64,000 bases of DNA from Candidatus Bathyarchaeota archaeon (GCA_963717465.1 OY970340.1:224001-288000), one strand, 5' to 3'; shown: positions 30,787 through 42,159, counted from the first letter of the stretch. The notes: generated by a model not told the origin, from the sequence alone. Translations and numbers: made by a program.

Positions 30787-32228
30787 GTGTTCTCAGTTGA
30801 CGCAAATTATTGCTATACAAGTTTCAACAAATGCCACGCTGAAGTTATGAAGGCTTTGTTCGGTGCAGACATTGCACTAGGACATAGCATGCTTGAGTAT
30901 CATACTAATCTTAAAAATCGAAAAGATGCTAAGGCGAATATTGATAGGGCTTTAGGCGGCGAGAAGGTTACGATTGAAGCCATTGCGGGGGAGAAATCTC
31001 GGATGCAACGGTACTTCAAAATAACACATACTCCGCTTGAGAAACTTGCAAGGGAAGATTTATGGAGTGGCTGTTTTCGCAATTGACATTACTGAAAGCA
31101 AAAAGAGTGAAATGAGGTATCGTAGGCTTTATGAAACCTCTCAAGACGGAATTATGGCCAGAGACCTTCAGGGTAAAATGATTAACTGCAATCAAGCTTA
31201 CATAAAGATGCTGGGTTACAGCAAGAGAGAGCTTGAAAATTTGACTCCTCAGCAAATTTTGCCTGAGAAGTGGCATAAACAAAGAGAACAAGTCATAAAG
31301 GAAGTTATCGATACTGGGCGTTCAATTGTTTTCGAGAGGGAGTACAAAAGAAAAGATGGCTCGATTTTTCCTGCTTCTGTTAGAACTTGGCGATTGAGGG
31401 ATGATAATGGGAAAACTGTTGGAATATGGTCTATTGTTCGAGATATAACTGAGCAGAAGAAAATGCAGGATGAGCTGAAAAAATACAATGATTATTTGAA
31501 GGAAATTGTTGAAGAAAAAACAAAGCAGCTTAAAGACTCAGAGCGTATGGCGGCAGTTGGTCAGACTGCTGGTATGGTTGGGCATGATATTCGAAATCCC
31601 TTGCAAGCTATAATAAGCGATGTTTATCTTGCGAATTCTGATTTGTTAGCAATGCCTGAATGCCCTGAAAAACAGGGTTTACAGGAAAGTTTGAGTGTCA
31701 ATTCAACATAACGCTGAATACATAAACAAGATTGTGGCGGACCTTCAAGATTTTGCTAGACCGCTTAACCCCATGATGGAGGATGCTGATCTTAAGCGAA
31801 TAATTGATGAGTTGCTAATCAAGAATGGTTTGCTTGAAAATATTGAAGCGAAAATTAGAGTTGAAGAAGAAGCAAGAAATTTAAGGGCTGATTCAACTTA
31901 CCTTAATCGCATTATAGGTAATTTGGTTAATAATGCGGTTCAGGCAATGCCGAAAGGCGGCAAATTAAGGGTGCATGCTTTCGCAGATAAACAGAATAAA
32001 GATGTCATCATAAAAATCGAAGATAACGGCGTGGGCATACCTGAAGATGTTAAGTGCAAATTGTTTACACCAATGTTTACTACGAAGTCTAAAGGGCAGG
32101 GTTTTGGTTTAGCAGTAGTTAAACGTATGACTGAGGCTTTGGGTGGCACTGTGACTTTTGAAAGCGAACTTGGCAAGGGCACAACCTTTACAGTACGATT
32201 GCCAGCCAAAAAAATGAAGGCAGCTTAA
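30787..32228 (+). CDS. PAS sensor histidine kinase (two frameshifts)
   Basis: GHDIRNPL, NLVNNAVQA, DNGVGI, FTTK..GQGFGL. Confidence 0.88.
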
Positions 32229-32245
32229 AGGTTTCTGGGGTCGTT

Positions 32246-34546
32246 TTAGCTTAAGTAATTAAGCAGAGTGTTGAATGCATATCCATTAACCGCATCAAAA
32301 ATTGATTTTGTGGTATACCCCTTAAAACTAAGCAAACTTGCTGCTGAAGAATAAAGTAAAAGCAAATACTTTCTTGTATCAGTATTAATGCCTTTTTCAA
32401 TTAATTGTTCCGCTACAACTCTGCGTTCATATCTTTTATTTTCTGAATGCGTAAAAAGGAAAGCGACATTTTTTCCCGCATGAATTTCAATGACCTTCTT
32501 TTGCCAACTGTTCTGCTGCAATCACTTGGCTTACATGCTGCTTGTAACTTTTAGGATTCTTCGACAAATGTTTAGTAACAATCAAATCCCCAATCGGCAC
32601 TTCACCATCAATTAGCTTTTGACGATAAGTCTTCACTACTTGTAGTGCCTCTGGAATCCTTTGAATAAACTCCTCAGAGTTATTTGCTTTAGAAAACACA
32701 TTAATCATTTCCATTTGAGCATTGTAAATGAAACGAGGTGTATCTCGCCTGCGCACCTCTATGCCTCTTACTTTTAGTTTTCCGCTTTCCATAACTCCAT
32801 AGTAACGGTTCAAAACGCCGATGTTCGGATGCATTTTTGAAGGCAAGAATACTATCCACTTATAACGTCCCTCAAAATTTAACGGAACACCGATATCATC
32901 ACTTACTTGCTTGCATAAGCCAGTATAATCTTGAAGGCTGGCATTTTCTTTTTTAAGCCACAGTGAATCTACTATTCCATGGAGAACCTCAAACCCTCGG
33001 CTTTCAGAGATGCGAGCAGCCCTTAGAAATGCGTCTCTGCCAAAAGCGCAAACACCAATGTGACCGTCTACTGTTCCGAATTTAGCGTTTTTGTAGCCTA
33101 AATATCCAAAGCAAGTTACAAGAATCCATTTTAGGGCATTTTGCCTTCTATCATAAATTTCCTTGAGTCTAGCGTCTTTAGCTTCGGTCATTAACCGTTT
33201 GTATTTTAATCTTTTATCGACAACAAGTTTCAAGGCTTTAGGAACGATACCTTTTCTTTTCTCACAAATATTATAGTTAAGTTCTGGGATGCGTAAGCTT
33301 GAATCAGGGCAGCATTTGCAGAGAACAGTTTCAGCGGAAATATTGTTTTTAACCATTAAACTGGGGTACATTGAAGAAAAATCAACTTCGCCTATGCCGT
33401 CGTGGAGTCCAACTTTCGGTTCGTATACAAAGCCGCCTCTGTCTCCAACAAGCAATTCATAAGCTGACTTGAAAGCTTCAGGTATGTACTCTTGTTTCTT
33501 GGAAGCAAGAAATCGTCTTTTATAGCTTGGTAGAACTGCAAGGAAGACATGCTTGAACCTATCGAGGAGCGTGCAGCAGTATGCAAAGGCACTCGGCAGG
33601 TTCTTGCTATTTCAAATAAGCCTTCAAAACTGCTTTCGTTTAAAACGAAAGTATTTGTTTCATCAACATGGATTCTTCCGTGTAGCCTAATTGTTGGAGC
33701 TTTATAGAATGTGCGACCATAAGAAAAAAAAGTTTTACCCTGCGAATGATTTAGGAACAAAAGGAACATTATCTCTGCTTAAAGTAAACTTGTCCAGTAC
33801 GTTATTGAGTGTTGCCCGCTGGATTAGGTAAGAAAAAAGATAAGAGTCGCCGCCGCTGGTTACGATGATGTCTGGGTCAAGCTCTTTCACTGTTTTAGTT
33901 AACTGTACAAGCTTGTCGCCTTCTTCCCCTGAATCCATGATTACTTGTTTTTCTGCTTGAGTTATGCATAGGCTGCCTATTGCGTCGTTTAGGCTTGCTA
34001 TTTTTCCCGTCTTATTTATTTCCAAGCTGATTTGCATGATTCTGAAGGGTGGAAGAGAATAATCTGTGCTTTCAACTGAATCTAAAAGTTGATAGTTTAA
34101 GCTTGAGTTGTTAGCTTCAACCTCTAAAAAGGCAAGTGGAAACAAGTTATGACTAAAAAGGTAGCCTCTGTCTCCATGCAAATCGCAATTGTGAACCCTA
34201 TAGCGTAGATAATCGCCTAACTTTAATATCTCGTTAGTGAAGGAACGGAGATGTCTGCAATCCTTAAGCGTTACCGCTAAAACTTTTGATTTATCGGAAT
34301 CTGTGGGATGTTCATACTTGTAAACGAAACTCCATGAAGCAACAGTCCTTGTTTGCAGAAAAACCTGTTGATTAAACGCTCTAAGTCTTCTTGTTTGCCT
34401 GAGACATAGACTTCAGGTTGAAACTTGTCTGTTAATCTTATTCTTTGCCCGTTTTCGCTTATTATCCAAACTGCCATTTCTCCAAAGTTAGAAGGGTAAA
34501 CATCAAACAGCCAGCCTCTAATTCGCCTTTGATTGCTTGATTGCAT
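32246..34546 (-). CDS. Family B DNA polymerase, PolB2 subgroup (several frameshifts)
   Basis: GWLFDVY, DFSSMYPS, KWILVTCFGY, HGIVDS in place of YGDTD, RGIEVRRRD. Confidence 0.88.
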
Positions 34547-34784
34547 CTAAAGCCTTCTCTAACCGCATTATCTTTCTTTGCTGTGATAGCAGAATCGAGA
34601 TTATCATAGGTTCGAAAAGGATAGGTTGCGTAGCGTTGCTTCCAGCCGAAGCATAACTTCTGCAAGCATCCATCAATGCTTCAAAGGCTTCTCTATCTTC
34701 AATTCGCAATGCTTTTGCAAAACCGTTCCAACGGTGTATTTCATCTTCTAAAGCCATACGGTAAGATTCCACTGTTTTTCCCAT
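34518..34784 (-). CDS. Small alpha-helical PolB2-associated protein
   Basis: MGKTVESYR...FAKALR.EDREAF; overlaps the polB2 start. Confidence 0.75.
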   Translation of the reverse strand: MGKTVESYRMALEDEIHRWNGFAKALRIEDREAFEALMDACRSYASAGSNATQPILFEPMIISILLSQQRKIMRLEKALDAIKQSKAN

Positions 34785-35039
34785 GCTCTCACATCTCCCC
34801 TGATGCTGGAGATAAGCAGAAGCGTTTTTGATTTTTAAAACATCTCTCTAAAAGACACAGCGACTCCTGAGAGGGCAAGATTAAAGTGAACGATATTCAG
34901 GAGAACCACGCTAATTCTCCCATCATATTATGGAGAACATGTTTCTTAGGGCAACAGAGTTAAGTTTGACCCTTTATTTTTAAAAGGTAACCTTTATAAC
35001 TTTATTTTCTTATTCCATAAGCCGCGAAGCTGAAGTACA

Positions 35040-36054
35040 ATGGGACATCGTAAAACTCATGCTCCAAGACATGGTTCATTAGCCTATTTACCTAGACATC
35101 GCGCTAAAAAACCAGTAGCGCGAATTCGTTTCTGGCCAACAATAAAGTCAGAAAACCCGAGGCTTTTAGGTTTCACAGGGTACAAAGCAGGCATGACATA
35201 CGTCTTCACCATCGAAGACAGGAAACGTTCACCCCACTTTGGGAAAGAAGTCATGCGTGCAGCCACCATTCTTGAAACACCTCCAATCATCGTGGTTGGT
35301 TTTAGAACTTACACCAAAACACCATACGGACTTCAAAACATCACTGAAGTCTGGATGAAAAATCCACCAGCCATTCTCAACCGAGCAATGGTTCTTCCAG
35401 AAAACTTTAACACTGAACAAATGCTTGAAAAAGCAACCAAAAACCTTGAACAGACAGCCATAATCCGAGTTGTCACGGCTACACAGCCCACTTTAACCAG
35501 TCTTTCAAAAAAGAAGCCAGAAATATCAGAAATCCAACTCGGCGGAGGAACAATTCCACAGCAGTTTGAATATGCCAAGCAACTTTTAGGCAAAACAGTA
35601 ACGCCTGAAGAAGTATTCAAAGATGGACAATACATCGATATAGCTGGAATAACAGCGGGCAAAGGCTTTCAAGGTCCAGTTAAACGTTGGGGAGTAACCA
35701 TCCTTCAACATAAAGGAAGAAAAACCAAACGAGGAATCGCCACAAACGGTCCATGGAACCCTCACCACATCATGTATTCTGTTCCGCGAGCTGGACAAAT
35801 GGGTTATCACCAACGCATAGAATTTAACAAGCGCATACTTAAAATCGGAAAAGACGGAAAAGAAGTAACTGTGAAAGGTGGATTCATCAGGTACGGCGAT
35901 AGTAAAAGGACCATACATACTCATTGAAGGAAGCGTGCCAGGAACCGAAAAACGCCAAATACGCTTACGTGTACCCGCAAGACCACCACGCGAAGCCGCA
36001 GAAGCTCCACCCCAAGTAACACATATTTCATTGGATTCGCCACAAGGAAAGTAA
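35040..36054 (+). CDS. rpl3: 50S ribosomal protein L3 (frameshift near 35900)
   Basis: PRHGSLAYLPR, GYKAGMT, GKGFQGPVKRWG; C-terminus GSVPGTEKRQIRLR in another frame. Confidence 0.96.
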
Positions 36055-36068
36055 GGGGAACATAAGCA

Positions 36069-36851
36069 ATGTCAGAACAGAAAAACGTAGATATCTTTGA
36101 CCTTCAAGGCAATGCAACAGGAAAAATCACGCTTCCAAAAGTTTTCTCTACACCTCTACGGCCAGATGTAATAAAACGTGCTGTATTGGCGATTCAATCT
36201 AACCGTATTCAACCTCAAGGCAGAGACCCCATGGCTGGAAAAAGAACATCCGCAGAATCACGCGGCACAGGCATGGCAATAGCAAGAATCCCACGAATTA
36301 AAGGTGGAAGCGGAAGAGGCGCTTTTGCACCAAGCACAGTTGGCGGAAGACAACCTCATCCACCACGAGCTGAAAAAATTATTGTTAAACGAATTCCAAA
36401 GAAAGAAGCTAAATTAGCTCTTCTTTCAGCTATTGCGGCCACAGCGCAGAAAGAAACTGTAGCTTCCCGTGGACATGCAATCGAAAATGTTCCTCAAATT
36501 CCGCTCATTGTAGATAACGCAATTGAAGCTTTAACTAAAGCAAAAGATGTTAAAGAGGCGTTAGCAAAGCTGGGTGTTTTACCCGATGTTACAAGGGTAA
36601 AGGACAGCAGAAAAATCCGCGCTGGAAAAGGCAAACACAGAGGAAGAAAAATGAAGCAAGCTGTTGGCCCGCTCATTGTGATAGCTGCTGACAAAGGTTT
36701 AGCGTCTGCCGCAAGCAACATTCCAGGTGTCCAAGTTACTACTTTGGCTAATATTAATACTGAAATGTTGGCGCCGGGAACTCATCCAGGCAGACTAACA
36801 CTTTGGACTAACGGCGTAATTGAATGTTTAGACAAGCTTTATGGAGAATGA
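36069..36851 (+). CDS. rpl4: 50S ribosomal protein L4
   Basis: RPDVIKRA, AGKRTSAES, LAPGTHPGRL. Confidence 0.96.
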   Translation: MSEQKNVDIFDLQGNATGKITLPKVFSTPLRPDVIKRAVLAIQSNRIQPQGRDPMAGKRTSAESRGTGMAIARIPRIKGGSGRGAFAPSTVGGRQPHPPRAEKIIVKRIPKKEAKLALLSAIAATAQKETVASRGHAIENVPQIPLIVDNAIEALTKAKDVKEALAKLGVLPDVTRVKDSRKIRAGKGKHRGRKMKQAVGPLIVIAADKGLASAASNIPGVQVTTLANINTEMLAPGTHPGRLTLWTNGVIECLDKLYGE

Positions 36852-36857
36852 AAGTAA

Positions 36858-37118
36858 ATGGAACTTAATGAGATTATTTCTTACCCTTTGATGACTGAGT
36901 CAGCAAGCGTCATGGTTGAAAGAGACAACAAGCTATTATTCATCGTTAATTTGAAAGCTGGAAAAGCTGACGTGAAACGTGCAGTTGAAGAACTCTACGA
37001 AGTTAAAGTTAGCAAGGTAAACCTGCTAATTACGCCACAAGGCATAAAAAAAGCCTTTGTAAGGCTTACTCCGGAATACAAGGCTTCTGACGTTGCAATT
37101 AAACTTGGAATACTATAA
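36858..37118 (+). CDS. rpl23: 50S ribosomal protein L23
   Basis: PLMTES, KKAFVRL, SDVAIKLG. Confidence 0.95.
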   Translation: MELNEIISYPLMTESASVMVERDNKLLFIVNLKAGKADVKRAVEELYEVKVSKVNLLITPQGIKKAFVRLTPEYKASDVAIKLGIL

Positions 37119-37151
37119 ATTAATTGAATTGATTTAATGAAGGCATGACAT

Positions 37152-37895
37152 ATGGGAAAACGTATTCGTGTACAAAGACGCGGTCGCGGTGGCAGAAACT
37201 GGCGAGCTTCAACACACAAGCGAGTTGCTCCTGCGAAGTATCCAACAATCACACCAAAAGAAGCATTCGACACTTTGCTTAAAGGGTTTGTTGACTCACT
37301 CGTTCATGATCCCGGTCGTGGTGCACCCTTAGCATTAATAAAATTTGACAATGGATTATCATGTTACATTTCAACGCCTGAAGGCATTTACTCTGGACAA
37401 CCAATCAGTTTAGGAGGAAAGGCAACAGCAGAAATTGGCAACATGATCCCCTTAGGCAAGGTGCCTGAAGGAACATTGGTTTGCAACCTTGAGCTTCGTC
37501 CAGGCGATGGAGGAAAAATGGCAAAGTCTTCAGGTGCTTACGCCACGGTTGTTGGTCACACTCCTCAAGGCACGATGATTCGGTTGCCTTCTGGCAGAAC
37601 AAGGTATGTTGATGATTACTGCCTGTCGACTGTCGGTGTAATTGCTGCTTCTGGAAGAACAGAGAAGCCGTTTTTGAAGGCAGGCGAAAAATTCCATTTA
37701 ATGAAAGCAAAAGGCCATAAGTATCCAAGAACCAGTGGACGAAAAATGGTTCCAGCCGTTCACCCCTATGGCAGCAGCAAACGAAGCGCTCGAAGAACAA
37801 CAACGACTTCACATGGTGCCCCACCAGGACAAAAAGTCGGCTTGATCGCTGCTCGTGGCCCCGGACAAAAGAAGAAACGTGCAATACACGAATAA
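37152..37895 (+). CDS. rpl2: 50S ribosomal protein L2
   Basis: MGKRIRVQRRG, HDPGRGAP, PGQKVGLIAAR. Confidence 0.96.
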   Translation: MGKRIRVQRRGRGGRNWRASTHKRVAPAKYPTITPKEAFDTLLKGFVDSLVHDPGRGAPLALIKFDNGLSCYISTPEGIYSGQPISLGGKATAEIGNMIPLGKVPEGTLVCNLELRPGDGGKMAKSSGAYATVVGHTPQGTMIRLPSGRTRYVDDYCLSTVGVIAASGRTEKPFLKAGEKFHLMKAKGHKYPRTSGRKMVPAVHPYGSSKRSARRTTTTSHGAPPGQKVGLIAARGPGQKKKRAIHE

Positions 37896-37946
37896 TCAAG
37901 ATAAGGTTTATAGCATTTAATGGGAAAATTAAGGATGGAATAAAAA

Positions 37947-38351
37947 ATGCCGAAAGAATTTGCGTATCGCGGACATAATCTTAACAGTTTAGTAGCTATG
38001 TCAATGGATGAATTCATAAATTTGCTTCCTGCACGACAAAGAAGAAGCCTCCAGCGCGGCCTAACTCCAGAACAGCGAATTTTGCTTGAGAAGCTACGGG
38101 AAGCCAAGGAATCAAAAAAACAGGGCAAAGAAGTTAGCCTAAAGACTCATGTACGCGACTTAATTATTCTGCCCGAGATGGTTGGCACGAAGATTCAGGT
38201 GCACAATGGCAAAGAATTCGTCAGCATAGATATTAAGCCTGAAATGATTGGTCATTACCTTGGCGAGTTTGCTATAACCAACAAGCCTGTTAGGCATGGA
38301 ACCCCAGGTATCGGTGCATCACGATCATCGATGTACGTACCATTAAAATAA
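37947..38351 (+). CDS. rps19: 30S ribosomal protein S19
   Basis: [23 protein letters not shown]. Confidence 0.96.
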   Translation: MPKEFAYRGHNLNSLVAMSMDEFINLLPARQRRSLQRGLTPEQRILLEKLREAKESKKQGKEVSLKTHVRDLIILPEMVGTKIQVHNGKEFVSIDIKPEMIGHYLGEFAITNKPVRHGTPGIGASRSSMYVPLK

Positions 38352-38379
38352 GCTTGTTTTCTAATTTCCACCATTCCCC

Positions 38380-38703
38380 TTAACAGCCTGTTCTTTTTTC
38401 AAGTTCTTCTGGATAGCGATCCCCAGCAATTGTAATATTCGAGAGCGCGGAATTTATATTGCGCAATTCTTCGGATGCAAGCTCAATGTTTACTGCTTCT
38501 AAATTTTCATCTAAGCGTGTTAACTTCCGTGTTCCTGGTATCGGAACAATCCAAGGCTTTTGAGCAAGCAACCATGCAAGTGCAATTTGAGCAGGCGTCG
38601 CATTTTTCTCTGCAGCGATCTTTTTGATTAAATCTACAAAAACCTGATTTGCATCAATATTCTTCGAGGTAAATCGAGAAACAATGCTACGGAAGTCTGA
38701 TAT
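38380..38703 (-). pseudogene. Aldo/keto reductase C-terminal fragment
   Basis: DFRSIVSRF...TPAQIALAWLLAQKPWIVPIPGT...RLDEN; no start, abuts the cupin stop. Confidence 0.88.
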
Positions 38704-38705
38704 TC

Positions 38706-39083
38706 TTATATTATTTTCATTTCATTTGGCTGGCCGATTATTGATAAATGGGCAAAGGATGAGTCTTTGATGGCTCCATGCCAATGTTTCTCCCCCGGAG
38801 AAACAAAAGCTATCATTCCAGGAGTAACTATATGCTCCTGATTCTTGGTAGCTACAATCCCTTTGCCTTCGGTAACAATTAGAATTTGCTCTGTCGAGTG
38901 AGTATGAAGTTTATTACGGGCTCCAGGTGCAAACTTAACCATTACAACCTGAAATTTCTGGACTTTGTGCTCTTCTTCCAGAACAAACTGGGTACAGACC
39001 CTTCCGCCAAAGAATAATGGGTCATTCGATACTTCCCTGGCCTCAACATTATCAAGGTTTATTATTTTCATAATTAACTTCAT
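38706..39083 (-). CDS. Cupin domain protein
   Basis: FAPGARNKLHTH..EQIL.VTEG, PGEKHWHGA. Confidence 0.9.
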   Translation of the reverse strand: MKLIMKIINLDNVEAREVSNDPLFFGGRVCTQFVLEEEHKVQKFQVVMVKFAPGARNKLHTHSTEQILIVTEGKGIVATKNQEHIVTPGMIAFVSPGEKHWHGAIKDSSFAHLSIIGQPNEMKII

Positions 39084-39093
39084 CCTGCCAATT

Positions 39094-39696
39094 TTAAATT
39101 GAGTTTTCTATGGCACGCTTTCTATTTTTTAACATAATCACAGTTCTTAATTGTTTTTTTGCGTCATTTCTTAGCTCGTTCAGCCATTTGGATATCTCAT
39201 TCTTAGCTTTTTTCACGTCTTTGCCTCTTACTGCTAGACCATGTAGAATAGTTGACTGAGCACAAAGTTCGTTAATGTTCGTAACGCTTCGCCCTAGACC
39301 GCTTCCCTCATGTGTACAAAATGGCACAATTGTTTTTCCTGAAAAATCGTACGCGGACAAAAACGTGGCAACCGGCATAGGTATCGTACCACACCAAGTT
39401 GGATAACCAACGAAAATAACATTGTACGATTCCATGTTCTCAGCTTTTGTTTTCAGTTCAGGTCTGCATTGCTCTCTGAATTCCTTCTTTGCCTGCTCCA
39501 CAACTTCGTCGTAATCTTTAGGATATGCCTTTACAGTTACAATTTCAAAGATATCGCCGCCGGCACCTTCGTGTATTTGATTAGCAATTGCGCGCGTGTT
39601 GCCAGAATGGGAAAAATAAGCCACAAGAATATTGTTTTGTTTGCTTTCTTTCTTTTTCATCCCTGCAAGTCTCCTTTTCTCTTGTTCACGAGTCAA
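39094..39696 (-). CDS. Flavodoxin-like protein
   Basis: YFSHSGNT, GYPTW, PFCTHEGSG. Confidence 0.9.
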   Translation of the reverse strand: MTREQEKRRLAGMKKKESKQNNILVAYFSHSGNTRAIANQIHEGAGGDIFEIVTVKAYPKDYDEVVEQAKKEFREQCRPELKTKAENMESYNVIFVGYPTWCGTIPMPVATFLSAYDFSGKTIVPFCTHEGSGLGRSVTNINELCAQSTILHGLAVRGKDVKKAKNEISKWLNELRNDAKKQLRTVIMLKNRKRAIENSI

Positions 39697-40802
39697 TTTG
39701 GTTTTTTAAGGCTTGACATGTCTATTACAAAGCGGTACTTCACATCAGCCTTAATTGTGCGCTCGAAAGCCTCGTTTACCTTCTGTATAGGGATCAACTC
39801 TATCTCTGCATGTATGCCATGTTCAGCGCAATAGTCAAGCATCTCTTGAGTCTCTTTTATACCACCAACAAGCGATCCAGCGATTGATCGTCTTTTGAAA
39901 ATGAGTTGGAAAGGAATTAAGCTCGGTATCTCTGAAGGCAAACCTACAAGCACTAGATGACCATCTCTCTTAAGCATTCCAAGTAGAGCATTAAGATCAT
40001 GCTTCGCACTCACTGTATCTAAAATAAAATCAAATGTTCCTGCGTGCTTCTTCATCTGCTCCTGATCTGTTGATAATATCACCTCATCAGCGCCCAGCTT
40101 CTTGGCATCCTGCACTTTACTTGGTGATGTCGTGAACTGGACAGTGTGTGCACCAAATGAGTGTGCAAATTTTAATGCCATATGACCTAGCCCGCCGAGC
40201 CCAACTATACCCACCTTTTGCCCTTTTCCAACCTTCCAGTGTTTTAATGGTGAATATGTGGTGATTCCAGCGCACATGAGCGGAGCAGCGGTTGCAGGGT
40301 TTAATTTGGGCGATATCTTAAGGACAAAATCCTGATCTACAACGATGTTGTTTGAAAATCCGCCTTTAGTTACATCGCCGTATTTATCTTTGGAATTAAA
40401 TGTTATTGTAGCCCCATTTTCACAATATTGCTCAAGACCTTCTTTGCATGTATCGCACTTTCTGCAAGAGTCTACAAAACAGCCAACTCCCACAGTATCG
40501 CCAACTTTAAATTTCTTTACTGCTGAACCAACTTTGAAGACTTTACCGATGATTTCATGACCAGGAACCATAGGATACACTGAATGGCCCATTTCATTTC
40601 TTGCATTATGAATATCCGAGTGGCATATTCCACAGTATTGAATATCAATCAGTACATCAAGCTTGCCAACATTTCTTCTTTGAAATGCAAATGGTACAAG
40701 TTTGTCGGTTGCACTTTTTGCAGCATAACCATAACTCGGTATCGTGTTTAATTCAGGAGACGATTTTTCAATGCCGTTGTTTCCTAATTTTCGATTTGTC
40801 AT
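39693..40802 (-). CDS. Zn-dependent NAD(P) alcohol dehydrogenase (YahK/cinnamyl type)
   Basis: CGICHSD, GHE, GLGGLG, YRFVID; likely ATG at 40802. Confidence 0.93.
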   Translation of the reverse strand: MTNRKLGNNGIEKSSPELNTIPSYGYAAKSATDKLVPFAFQRRNVGKLDVLIDIQYCGICHSDIHNARNEMGHSVYPMVPGHEIIGKVFKVGSAVKKFKVGDTVGVGCFVDSCRKCDTCKEGLEQYCENGATITFNSKDKYGDVTKGGFSNNIVVDQDFVLKISPKLNPATAAPLMCAGITTYSPLKHWKVGKGQKVGIVGLGGLGHMALKFAHSFGAHTVQFTTSPSKVQDAKKLGADEVILSTDQEQMKKHAGTFDFILDTVSAKHDLNALLGMLKRDGHLVLVGLPSEIPSLIPFQLIFKRRSIAGSLVGGIKETQEMLDYCAEHGIHAEIELIPIQKVNEAFERTIKADVKYRFVIDMSSLKKPN

Positions 40803-41061
40803 TTTATTATTCCCCGAATGTTTTTGGATAATGTTAAGTACACAATAAGAACAAAGTGTATAGTGTATATAGGTCGTACGCTCACTGCTGTAACACAATA
40901 TCAAAATTGATACTCAAATAGTTGAAGCGAGTGTTTTCGAAATGCTTCAGAAAAAACAACTAACCTTTAAGAAAGAACGATGAGTTGAACTATGCCTTAA
41001 GTCAGCCAGTCACCCTCCGTCAACAGGCTAAACATAAATTAGCAAATGACTTGTTAGTCAT

Positions 41062-41487
41062 TTATTGGCTGTAGTCTCTTCCTTCAGGTTTTGCGCTTGG
41101 CTGTTTGCCTGGCTCAGGAATTTGGGGTAATGGCACCGGCGGCGGAATGTTCAATGTTTTGGCTATGATTATTGATTCAATAAAAACAACGTTTGATATT
41201 GATTGGATGATTATTTGTGCTGGCGGTTTTTTCTGTTCATAGTCTTTGAGGATTTTTTCAATTTCGTCTTTTTCGCCGGTTACGTAAGCATTTCCTTTGA
41301 GGCTAAGTTGAGCAATTGATGGATTATAAACAATGGATAAAATGAATGGGACATCAATTGTTTCATCCACTTTCTTCATTTCTACAACGTTAATGTTAGT
41401 GTTAATTTGAATGGGTGGAATAGGTTTTTTAATGTCCCAGAAACGTTCTGCTGAAATGCTTGTTATGGCTACATTAACTCTAATCAT
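41062..41487 (-). CDS. Conserved archaeal hypothetical protein
   Basis: 141-aa ORF at the end of the ribosomal/RNAP cluster; LNIPPPVP tail. Confidence 0.7.
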   Translation of the reverse strand: MIRVNVAITSISAERFWDIKKPIPPIQINTNINVVEMKKVDETIDVPFILSIVYNPSIAQLSLKGNAYVTGEKDEIEKILKDYEQKKPPAQIIIQSISNVVFIESIIIAKTLNIPPPVPLPQIPEPGKQPSAKPEGRDYSQ

Positions 41488-41533
41488 TACCGGTCAAACA
41501 TCAATAGCTTACTGCAAATTTAAACGTGATTGG

Positions 41534-41848
41534 TTACTTTTGCTTATAACGCGTAAATCCGCAATGGCCGCAAGTGTACCTGTTATTATGATCAGCCATA
41601 AAGTAACCTGGTCCACATCTCTCACAAGTCGGACGCAACCTGGTAACCTTGCTGCCTTCTACCTTGAAAACTGCATGAATTCCCTTTTCCTTTTTCTTCT
41701 TCTTTTCAGCTTTAGGTTTTTCAGCCGCTTTAGGTGCTGCTTTAGGTGCCGCGGCTGCTTCGGGTTTTGCTTCTTCTTTCTTTGCCGTTGCAGGAGCTTC
41801 TTTCTTTACGGGTGCTTCTTCTTTTTTAGGTGCTGCTTTCTTTGACAT
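41534..41848 (-). CDS. rps27ae: 30S ribosomal protein S27ae
   Basis: CERCGPGYFMADH..RYTCGHCG. Confidence 0.93.
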   Translation of the reverse strand: MSKKAAPKKEEAPVKKEAPATAKKEEAKPEAAAAPKAAPKAAEKPKAEKKKKKEKGIHAVFKVEGSKVTRLRPTCERCGPGYFMADHNNRYTCGHCGFTRYKQK

Positions 41849-42159
41849 TATTTAGCTGCCTCTTCTTTGGGTTTTTCAGGTGGACTGTTGCGTTTCCTAA
41901 TGTACTCAGGCTCGACAAGATTAGCTTGCTCAACATTTTGGTAAACGTTAGCGATACCCTGAGTAAGGTTTGTTCCAGTTTTTGTGCGCATTCTTTTAAT
42001 GAAAACTACACCGTCGGCCACTTTCATTTCAATGGCGACAGCTTTCTTAACTTCTAGTCTTTGCGGCGTTTTCTCTTTTGGACCTTGAATTATTGTGAAA
42101 CCTACTTCTTTTCGCTTAAGAAGCGGGTTATCCTTGGTAGTTACTATTTTGATTTCCAT
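41848..42159 (-). CDS. rps24e: 30S ribosomal protein S24e
   Basis: NPLLKRKEV, TP.R, EPEYI. Confidence 0.93.
   Translation of the reverse strand: MEIKIVTTKDNPLLKRKEVGFTIIQGPKEKTPQRLEVKKAVAIEMKVADGVVFIKRMRTKTGTNLTQGIANVYQNVEQANLVEPEYIRKRNSPPEKPKEEAAK

Noticed and set aside
14978..34546. Casposon or other self-synthesising element (TIR element plus PolB)
   Set aside because: There is no Cas1, and the PolB2 lies about 13 kb outside the TIRs among core genes.
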